Positions 19,585-26,624 of a DNA stretch of 43,357 nt are shown in pieces. Origin of the DNA: Thainema sp. Its GTDB lineage: Bacteria; Cyanobacteriota; Cyanobacteriia; Phormidesmidales; Phormidesmidaceae. Position numbers and translations under genes: made by a program. The DNA lies in contig JBQLZK010000063.1 of the NCBI GenBank assembly GCA_052168235.1, forward strand, positions 1-43,357, written 5' to 3'. The stretch's first letter is position 1. Each line of letters starts with the position of its first letter. The notes under the pieces were generated by a model, which had not been told where the DNA came from, did not search any database, and was given only the letters and a program-made list of their open reading frames with translations.

Positions 19585-20361
19585 CTATTGCATCTCCTGG
19601 TTCTGATCTGACTCTAGCGGTGGCTGCTGACTGTTGGGAATATTTGCATCTGTTGGATGGTCTTCATTTTTGGGGGCTAGTTTGTGCGGTTCTGTCTTCT
19701 CTCCTGTCGCCTCAGACTTTGCGGCAGTGTTTGACCTTCTCTGGCGCTTAAATCCCTGTACGCCTAGCTGCTCGGTCACCTGCTCGCTTTCCAAAAACCA
19801 CCATAGTCCTGCCAACAGCAGCCCATGCACAACAAGCATTAGTTGCGCGTAGGGCCAAATCGAGAAGTCATAAATCGTCAGCCAGTCACCCTGCACCGCA
19901 ACCCAGGAAAAGATCGGGTAGAACAGCAGCGCATGGATCAGCTCAAACAGTGCGAACAGGTAGAGCATTTCTTTGAGGATCTGCTTTCGGGTCAGGACAA
20001 TGCTCGGAATCGCAATTAGCCCCAATAGAATCGACACCAGATTGCCGCTAAAGGCAATCCACCAGATCTCAGGATCGGTAAACGAGCCGCGCGGGATGAT
20101 GTACCCCCAGAAAACTCGCCACTGAAACTCTACGACTTCGCCGCCGACCTGCCAGGTTGCCAAGCTATGGCCGATTTCGTGGAGCAGTACTCCTAGCGGC
20201 ACCAACAGAAATATGGCTACTCGCTGCGCTAAAAAATGGTCGTAGCGAGATACGCGATCGTCCCAGAAGGAGGGCCAGCTTTTCCAGAGCCGCCATAGGG
20301 TGTCTAAGCTGACGAATGTATACAGAATGGCTACGAAATCGAAGCTGCGGGAGTCAAACAT
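19585..20361 (-). CDS. M50-like membrane metalloprotease
   Basis: LLHEIGH within a hydrophobic segment, a later GDW and multiple TM stretches. Confidence 0.8.
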   Translation of the reverse strand: MFDSRSFDFVAILYTFVSLDTLWRLWKSWPSFWDDRVSRYDHFLAQRVAIFLLVPLGVLLHEIGHSLATWQVGGEVVEFQWRVFWGYIIPRGSFTDPEIWWIAFSGNLVSILLGLIAIPSIVLTRKQILKEMLYLFALFELIHALLFYPIFSWVAVQGDWLTIYDFSIWPYAQLMLVVHGLLLAGLWWFLESEQVTEQLGVQGFKRQRRSNTAAKSEATGEKTEPHKLAPKNEDHPTDANIPNSQQPPLESDQNQEMQ

Positions 20362-20487
20362 ACTTAATGCTCAAAAAATAGTTCATTTATACTATTCTTG
20401 TGCTATTCTAAGAACTAGGGAAAGTTCATGCTCCAGTCGGCAGTCCAGTGGGCTGCCGCTTTGCTTTGGCAGCAATTATCCAGTGCG

Positions 20488-20748
20488 CTACTCTGAGCGA
20501 TTGATTTCTTGTTGGAGCCATTCATCAACGGGCTGACCGTCATGGCGCTTTAGCTCGATTTCGATGACGCGCACTTTGCCAGAACCGGGTGGAGCGGGGC
20601 GCTCGTGGAAGATGATTTCGTAGTCGTTGGGGTCGTGTTGGTGCTCGCGGAGCCATGTTTGCACTTGGGACGTGGCAAAGAAGGATTGCCCCTGATCAAA
20701 CATGTTGGTGATTTCCATTTGCAGGCTGAACGGATTAATTCGTCCCAT
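20488..20748 (-). CDS. Conserved cyanobacterial hypothetical protein
   Basis: AGAGGT precedes the ATG; MGRINPFSLQMEIT..FDQGQSFFA resembles a small cyanobacterial family (from memory). Confidence 0.8.
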   Translation of the reverse strand: MGRINPFSLQMEITNMFDQGQSFFATSQVQTWLREHQHDPNDYEIIFHERPAPPGSGKVRVIEIELKRHDGQPVDEWLQQEINRSE

Positions 20749-20943
20749 CTGTCACCTCTTTAATGTCTAGTAGGACATTGCCTAACTATAGCGATATACG
20801 CTCCTTGGCTGTTTTGCAATTGATGAAGGTACATATTGGACGGGAGTCATGCGAGAGGGGATGTTTGAGATGCGGCACTGCAAAGGGAATTTTCTGTAAG
20901 GTGCGATCGCACTTCTACGTTTCAAAAAATAGGTGAGATCGCA

Positions 20944-23601
20944 CTAATTGCTATTGCTTTCATCATTGGAATTTCGTGATTGGCGGGAATCGCCTCGCAG
21001 CAGGGGTAAGCGCTTGTAGGATTCGATCATCAGCGTGAGGAAATTTTCTTGGGTTAAGCCTTCGGGTGGGCTGAGTTGGAAGGCACCAATTACGCCAACA
21101 GAGAGAATGGCCCCGATAATAATCACAGGCACCATGTACCAGGAAACTAAGCGGCTAACCACAACGAGCAAGATGGTAATTGCGAAATAGGACACCAGTG
21201 TAAACGCACCGGATGTATAGAAATTGCGGCGCGGTGGTTCTGAAGTTGGAGCAGGCATAGGCGGAAGTGGTTCCGGCTGATCCATTTGGGAAGCATCTTG
21301 ACGTTGGGCAGCGAGGCGATTCTGACGCACTTGACGCTCTTCGGGTGCTTCAATGCCGTCTAGCAATCGACGAACAGACACTTTTTCGCGCAAGCCAGGG
21401 GGCACAAATTCGGCTTCTCCTAGGGCTTCTAAATCGAGTAGATGTTTATAATCCACCAAAACCTCTGGGCGTTCTGGCAATGGCACCTTTTCTTCGGCTT
21501 CGATGCCGGGAATGGTGCTGTGGATGTAGTAGAACTGATCGCGGATGCTTTCTAGTAGAGAACGGCGACGGGCAGGATTGCCTTTAACCCAAATGAAGAT
21601 GATCTTTTCTTCACGATCCGCTTTGATTAAAGCTTTGTTGCTACTGCGTTCTAAAACAACACCACTACGCCAGTAGGTATATCTAGAAATGAGCTGATTC
21701 ATGCGGACAATGAAGCGAGAGATGACGCTGCTGGGCAAGACGTTATAGTGATATTGAAAGGGTAAAGCATCGCTCCATTCACCCGTTTCCGGTTCTTCTT
21801 TGCTAATTAGGTCGGGAATGAGAAATTTTTGGTCAGCGTATCCTTCAAGAGGAAAGCACAGCTCAAATTTTTTCATCATGTCAAGGATGAACAGGTGCTT
21901 ATCTGGTGGATACGTATTGGCATCAAGCATGTGATCTAGCATTTGCCGATCTAGGATGCCTTTGTGCTCTGTCATCAGGGGATTGTCATTGAGGATGCGA
22001 TATACGCCGTTTGTCACCCATTCGGGATTGAGCACTGCGCTCATTTGTAGACGTGGATCGTCCTGAAAGCTGAGGATCACACCTAGCCGATGTAGCAGTT
22101 TGATCAGCGTCGTTTGAGTGAGCTGATCGGTAATGTTTTCCTTCTGGCACAAATCGCGATATTCGCTGTATTCAATGTAGTCGCGCTGCATGTTTTCAAG
22201 GCAGCGTTTGACATTGAACCAAGACTGAGCCAGCGGATCAAAGACGTGATCGAGTTTGGCGATTTCTTTGCAGATGGTGGTTCGTAACTTTTCAATGCCG
22301 CGTCCATCAGCACAGCAGGTTTCGACAATGGCGACAATGGATGGATACTTGCGTCGCAGCCCCCGCTTGTCAATATCGAGCGGTTGCTGATCAATTTTGT
22401 TGCCTACGACGATGATGGGTGAATCGCTGCCAAAGCTTTGGATTATCTTGAGCCAATATTCCAGTCGGTTTTCGTCCTCACCCAGTCGAGCATCTAATAC
22501 CAAAACATACAAGCTGCGCTTGGTAAGGAAGAACTGATGGGTGGCGTGCATAATCTCTTGCCCACCAAAATCCCAGATATTGAGCTGAATCGTTTGTCCT
22601 TTGGCTTCAATGGGCCATTGCGTGATGTTGATCCCTTCGGTTTTGTTTTCGTGAGGATTAAACTGTTCACTGACTAAACGGCGCACCAGAGAGGTTTTGC
22701 CAACGCTGCCCTGGCCAACCAGCAGCACTTTAGCTTCATTGAGCGGCTGACGCTGCTCGGTGGTTTGCAAACTGAAGTAGTAGTTGAGGATTTCTGCTGG
22801 ATCGGCTGGTCGTTTATCGTCGAACAAAACTTCTAGCCATGTAGCTCCCAAAACTTCCGGTGCAATGAGTAGAGCAGGGTTGTCATGCAAAAATAGTTCT
22901 TCCAATTTTTGGAGCTGAGCGATTTCCGGCGGCAGCGTCGTCAACTGATTTCCGCTGAGGGAGAGTGATCGAAGAGATTGGAGCTGAGCGATTTCCGGCG
23001 GCAGCGTTGTCAGCTGATTTCTGCTGAGGTCGAGTGATTGAAGAGATTGGAGCTGGATAATTTCCGGCGGCAGCGTTGTCAGCTGATTTCCGCTGAGGTC
23101 GAGCAACTGAAGAGACTGGAGCTGAATGATTTCCGGCGGCAGCATTGTCAGCTGATTTCCGCTGAGGTCGAGCTGCTGAAGAGACTGGAGCTGAATAATT
23201 TCCGGCGGCAGCGTTGTCAGCTGATTTCCGCTGAGGGAGAGTGATCGAAGAGATTGGAGCTGAATAATTTCCGGCGGCAGCGTCGTCAACTGATTTCCGT
23301 TGAGGGAGAGTGATTGAAGAGATTGGAGCTGAATGATTTCCGGCGGCAGCGTCGTCAACTGATTTCCGCTGAGGGAGAGTGATCGAAGAGATTGGAGCTG
23401 AATAATTTCCGGCGGCAGCGTCGTCAACTGATTTCTGCTAAGGTCGAGCAACTGAAGAAATTGGAGCTGAGCAATTTCCGGCGGCAGCATCGTCAGCTGA
23501 TTTCCGCTGAGGTCGAGCTTTGTCCGGCGTCCTCTTGCAGCTTGATTAATTAGCTTGCGTAGTTCGTCTTCAGATAATGGTTGGGTCGAATCGATCGCCA
23601 T
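20944..23601 (-). CDS. Roco protein: LRRs + Roc GTPase + COR + two C-terminal TM helices
   Basis: 23-aa LRRs; P-loop GQGSVGKTS, KTEGI, WDFGGQE, HQFFLT and VGNKID; COR motif LNPEWVTNGVY; two hydrophobic helices near the C-terminus. Confidence 0.93.
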   Translation of the reverse strand: MAIDSTQPLSEDELRKLINQAARGRRTKLDLSGNQLTMLPPEIAQLQFLQLLDLSRNQLTTLPPEIIQLQSLRSLSLSGNQLTTLPPEIIQLQSLQSLSLNGNQLTTLPPEIIQLQSLRSLSLSGNQLTTLPPEIIQLQSLQQLDLSGNQLTMLPPEIIQLQSLQLLDLSGNQLTTLPPEIIQLQSLQSLDLSRNQLTTLPPEIAQLQSLRSLSLSGNQLTTLPPEIAQLQKLEELFLHDNPALLIAPEVLGATWLEVLFDDKRPADPAEILNYYFSLQTTEQRQPLNEAKVLLVGQGSVGKTSLVRRLVSEQFNPHENKTEGINITQWPIEAKGQTIQLNIWDFGGQEIMHATHQFFLTKRSLYVLVLDARLGEDENRLEYWLKIIQSFGSDSPIIVVGNKIDQQPLDIDKRGLRRKYPSIVAIVETCCADGRGIEKLRTTICKEIAKLDHVFDPLAQSWFNVKRCLENMQRDYIEYSEYRDLCQKENITDQLTQTTLIKLLHRLGVILSFQDDPRLQMSAVLNPEWVTNGVYRILNDNPLMTEHKGILDRQMLDHMLDANTYPPDKHLFILDMMKKFELCFPLEGYADQKFLIPDLISKEEPETGEWSDALPFQYHYNVLPSSVISRFIVRMNQLISRYTYWRSGVVLERSSNKALIKADREEKIIFIWVKGNPARRRSLLESIRDQFYYIHSTIPGIEAEEKVPLPERPEVLVDYKHLLDLEALGEAEFVPPGLREKVSVRRLLDGIEAPEERQVRQNRLAAQRQDASQMDQPEPLPPMPAPTSEPPRRNFYTSGAFTLVSYFAITILLVVVSRLVSWYMVPVIIIGAILSVGVIGAFQLSPPEGLTQENFLTLMIESYKRLPLLRGDSRQSRNSNDESNSN
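22897..23517 (-). repeat. Nine tandem 69-bp near-identical LRR-coding repeats
   Basis: ATTTCCGGCGGCAGC recurs at a 69-bp period; unit LxLSxNQLTxLPPEIxQLQxLxx. Confidence 0.95.
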
Positions 23602-23702
23602 ACGCTGCTCAAAATCAGATTGCCTATGCTTTATCTCTCCACACTTTAACCAGAGAATTCAGGAACAGCGAATATTCTACTCGAATTGGTATGCTTGCTT
23701 TT

Positions 23703-23746
23703 GTCAATAGGTCTATATTGACTCCACAGGCCAAATCCCGTACTGT
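23703..23746 (+). promoter_or_regulatory. Sigma70-type promoter with a palindromic operator overlapping the -35
   Basis: TTGACT (23718-23723), 17 nt, TACTGT (23741-23746); palindrome GTCAATA-N6-TATTGAC at 23703-23722. Confidence 0.65.
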
Positions 23747-23752
23747 GAAACG

Positions 23753-23978
23753 TTAAGTTGCCAAGACAACATCACCTGCACGGCAACTGGATACCAAAAA
23801 TCTAGTCAGCGCTATCCAGAGTTGGTGACGCAACCCTGGATAGCTAACCCCCGGTTGGTAACGGCAACGCGGAGGCTTGAGGGATCATAACCCAGAGCCA
23901 CCCTGCATTGCACTTCAAATTGCGGGCGTGGCTAGGTTTTTGGCTTTCCTCCCGAAAGTCAAAACCAAAGGAAACACA
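23753..23978 (+). ncRNA. Candidate structured leader RNA (five hairpins)
   Basis: Stems at 23756-23788, 23811-23844, 23848-23875, 23896-23933 and 23938-23964, lying between the promoter and the ATG at 23979. Confidence 0.5.
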
Positions 23979-24263
23979 ATGACATACTTCATCCTCGGTG
24001 CTGCCTCCAACGCAGCGCCACAGCCTGCTGCGACCAATCCCGAAATGTCACAGCGCAACGGTCGCCATCCCCTGCGAATTATTCTGCTCGGCTCCCGCTC
24101 CGACATCATCATCACGATCAAAAACCTGCACCGACGCGGTTTTGCCGAAGCCAACGAATGGAGCCAGCCCATCCCCTGCCCCAGTGCCGGAGATGTCGCC
24201 CGCATCTTGGCCCAGCGGCAACCGGATGATCAAATCAGCATCCTGACTCGCTACCTCAACTAA
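23979..24263 (+). CDS. Small conserved cyanobacterial hypothetical protein (94 aa)
   Basis: AAAGGA precedes the ATG; PLRIILLGS...LHRRGFAEANEWS..IP...ISILTRY resembles an uncharacterised multi-copy cyanobacterial family (from memory). Confidence 0.75.
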   Translation: MTYFILGAASNAAPQPAATNPEMSQRNGRHPLRIILLGSRSDIIITIKNLHRRGFAEANEWSQPIPCPSAGDVARILAQRQPDDQISILTRYLN

Positions 24264-24274
24264 GCGACTAAAGC

Positions 24275-24315
24275 CAAAAGGAAAGAGCCGCGCATTGCAC
24301 GACTCTTTCCTTTTG
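24275..24315. terminator. Bidirectional intrinsic terminator between the small gene and tRNA-Leu
   Basis: CAAAAGGAAAGAG ... CTCTTTCCTTTTG. Confidence 0.75.
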
Positions 24316-24323
24316 AACTTATA

Positions 24324-24405
24324 TGCGGATGAAAGGACTTGAACCTTCACTTCCGAAGAAACTAGAACCTAAATCTAGCGCGTCTACCAATTCCGCCACA
24401 TCCGC
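24324..24405 (-). tRNA. trnL: tRNA-Leu(UAG)
   Basis: GCGGATGTGGCGGAATTGGTAGACGCGCTAGATTTAGGTTCTAG...GGTTCAAGTCCTTTCATCCGCA; long variable arm; anticodon TAG. Confidence 0.97.
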
Positions 24406-24466
24406 GTGCTGTTTAACCCAGCGGTAAATAAGCATAGCAAACAAACTGGCGATCTGTCCACGAAAT

Positions 24467-25369
24467 TCAGCGATTTTTTCGCAGCAGCGGATTCACCAGC
24501 TCATTTAAGCCCTCGCCCACCAGCGATAAGCCCGTCACCATCAGCGTTAGCGTCAATCCAGGGAAAAACGCCGTCCACCAAATTCCGGTCGGCAGCGCAT
24601 CCAGCGCTTGGCGCAGATCAAAGCCCCACTCCGGCGTCTGTTCCGGCAAGCCCAAGCCCAAGAAGCCCAGACCACCGAGAATTAGCACCGCATCCGCCGC
24701 ATTCAGCGTAAACAGGACAGGTACACTCTGCATCACATTCATAAACAAATAGCGCGATAGCACCGTCCAGGTAGACGCGCCCATCGCCTGCGCCGCTTCG
24801 ATAAATAGCTCCGTCTTGATGCTGACCGTATGGTTACGCACCACCCGATAGTACTGCGGTACATAGGCAATGCTCAGTGCGATCGCAGCATTGATCACAC
24901 CCCGTCCCACCACAAAGGCCAGCGTCACCGACAGCAGAAACCCCGGCAGTGTATAGATCGTGTCCATGATAAACAGCAATACCCGGTCGAGCCGTCCGCC
25001 CAGATAGCCGCTTACCAGTCCCAAGGGAACGCCGACCACGACACTCAGCATTGTGGCTAGAATCACCACCTGCCAAGCCGCCTGAGCACCATACAGCGTC
25101 CGCGCCAATACGTCGTAGCCTTGGCGAGTGGTGCCAAACCAGTGGGCGAGGGATGGCGGTTCGTGAATCGGGTTAATCAGGGAAGCCGTCGGATCTTGAA
25201 TCCAGCCCCAGGTCTCAAACAGCGGCGCACCCAGAGCAATGATAATAAACCCAATCGTGATCACCAAGCCCACCCACATCAGCCACAGCGATACGCCAGG
25301 GGCTTTACCGGGCGCTGGAAATAGAGCCGTTTTCAAAAATTGCGGCACTCGAATCGAGCGAAGAATCAT
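24467..25369 (-). CDS. Peptide/nickel ABC transporter permease (DppC/OppC-like)
   Basis: HWFGTTRQGYDV, EAA loop FIEAAQAMGAS, LGFLGLG and PEWG. Confidence 0.92.
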   Translation of the reverse strand: MILRSIRVPQFLKTALFPAPGKAPGVSLWLMWVGLVITIGFIIIALGAPLFETWGWIQDPTASLINPIHEPPSLAHWFGTTRQGYDVLARTLYGAQAAWQVVILATMLSVVVGVPLGLVSGYLGGRLDRVLLFIMDTIYTLPGFLLSVTLAFVVGRGVINAAIALSIAYVPQYYRVVRNHTVSIKTELFIEAAQAMGASTWTVLSRYLFMNVMQSVPVLFTLNAADAVLILGGLGFLGLGLPEQTPEWGFDLRQALDALPTGIWWTAFFPGLTLTLMVTGLSLVGEGLNELVNPLLRKNR

Positions 25370-25456
25370 AGCGGGAACCGAGAAACTGGCAATTGAACTG
25401 AAGTGATCTTATAGCGCCGTTAATCATTTGTGGTGTCAAGTCCGTGGATCAAAAAC

Positions 25457-25511
25457 CAATTTGTTTTCGGTGGGAGGCTGGCCAAGCCAGCCTCCCACCG
25501 AAAACAAATTG
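25457..25511. repeat. Perfect palindrome, 26-bp arms
   Basis: CAATTTGTTTTCGGTGGGAGGCTGGC-CAA-GCCAGCCTCCCACCGAAAACAAATTG. Confidence 0.9.
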
Positions 25512-25544
25512 ATCAGGTTTTAACTGATCTGCGCATGAAAAACT

Positions 25545-25615
25545 GTAGGGGCGAATGGTATTCGCCCTCGGATAACCCCCAACACCTTGTCAGGGCGAAT
25601 GCCATTCGCCCCTAC
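25545..25615. repeat. REPIN-like doublet of GTAG-type REPs
   Basis: GTAGGGGCGAATGGTATTCGCCCT ... AGGGCGAATGCCATTCGCCCCTAC in inverted orientation. Confidence 0.8.
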
Positions 25616-25629
25616 GAGGGAATGAACAA

Positions 25630-26568
25630 TTATTTCGGCAAAACAGCCGTTTCACCGGCGGGAATGTGAACTACGTCGTGGAAACGCGTGTAGTCTACGA
25701 TCCGTCTGCCATCGGTAGCACGGGACAGCACATCGGCAAACCGAACGTTCCAGAGAATTTCGTCCGACAGGTAAGAATAACGAGCGTGGATCGTCTGTGA
25801 CAGCGTTTCGTCCAGCCCGGTCAGAATCACCACGATTTCAACTTCGTCTCGCTGAAGGCTGTCCGGCGTGGCTCCGTAGAGCGGGCTGGCCGGATCAATC
25901 GGGTGCATGGCCGTCCAGGTGAGGGCAAAAATGGGCGTGTGGCGGCGCACCAGCTCTAGATCGTAAAAGCGGCGCATATATTCGCCTTCCGCTGTGATTT
26001 CATTTCGCACCAGCGTTACCCAAAGCTGCGCCTCCAGGATTTGATTGCGTCGCTGGTTGCCCGCTCGCAGCAGCAGCGTCGGTACACCATTTTGCTCAGT
26101 AATGATCGCCACGTTAGAAAACATCACTCGTGCGGTTGGCCGCGAAAAGCGGGCAAACATCAGGCCAGTTGCGATCGCAATTCCCAATAAGCCCACCATC
26201 GACTCCAGCACCACCAGCATGTTGGCATACACGGTCGTGGGATGCATGGCCCCGTAGCCGATTGAGGCCATTGTCTGGACGCTGAAGAAAAAGGCATCGG
26301 CAAATGATCCGGGTTCGGCGTTGGCGATACAGTCACCGCCCAGCAGATATGCGATCGCAAACAGAGCATTGGTGGCCAGGTAAGACAGTCCCAGCAAGAA
26401 CAGCAGCCAGCCCCAGGAGATAACCAGCAGCGAGTGATATAGATCGTCCCAGCGGATAACGGCCATGCCTCTACGAATCACGTTGATGTGGCCATCCCGC
26501 CCGACAATGCGGTTGGGCCGAGTGACATGATTAGCACGAGCTGAACGAAACCGAGAGCGCTGAAACAT
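25630..26568 (-). CDS. Inward-rectifier potassium channel (KirBac)
   Basis: FFFSVQTMASIGYG selectivity filter, FARFSRP and HPIDPASPLYG. Start is the ATG at 26568, or a TTG at 26628 overlapping the upstream stop. Confidence 0.93.
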   Translation of the reverse strand: MFQRSRFRSARANHVTRPNRIVGRDGHINVIRRGMAVIRWDDLYHSLLVISWGWLLFLLGLSYLATNALFAIAYLLGGDCIANAEPGSFADAFFFSVQTMASIGYGAMHPTTVYANMLVVLESMVGLLGIAIATGLMFARFSRPTARVMFSNVAIITEQNGVPTLLLRAGNQRRNQILEAQLWVTLVRNEITAEGEYMRRFYDLELVRRHTPIFALTWTAMHPIDPASPLYGATPDSLQRDEVEIVVILTGLDETLSQTIHARYSYLSDEILWNVRFADVLSRATDGRRIVDYTRFHDVVHIPAGETAVLPK

Positions 26569-26624
26569 AAGACTGTAAATTGGGAGAAGGGCTGGAGGTG
26601 AGGGCAAATGCGCACGACGCCGCG

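Noticed and set aside
22897..23517. Regular repeats resembling a CRISPR array
   Set aside because: They are contiguous 69-bp in-frame LRR units with no unique spacers, and there are no cas genes.
20944..24263. Diversity-generating retroelement acting on the LRRs
   Set aside because: There is no reverse transcriptase or separate template repeat, and the differences between units are not adenine-specific.
20750..24405. Integrated element at tRNA-Leu
   Set aside because: I found no duplicated tRNA 3' end and no integrase, so island boundaries cannot be supported.
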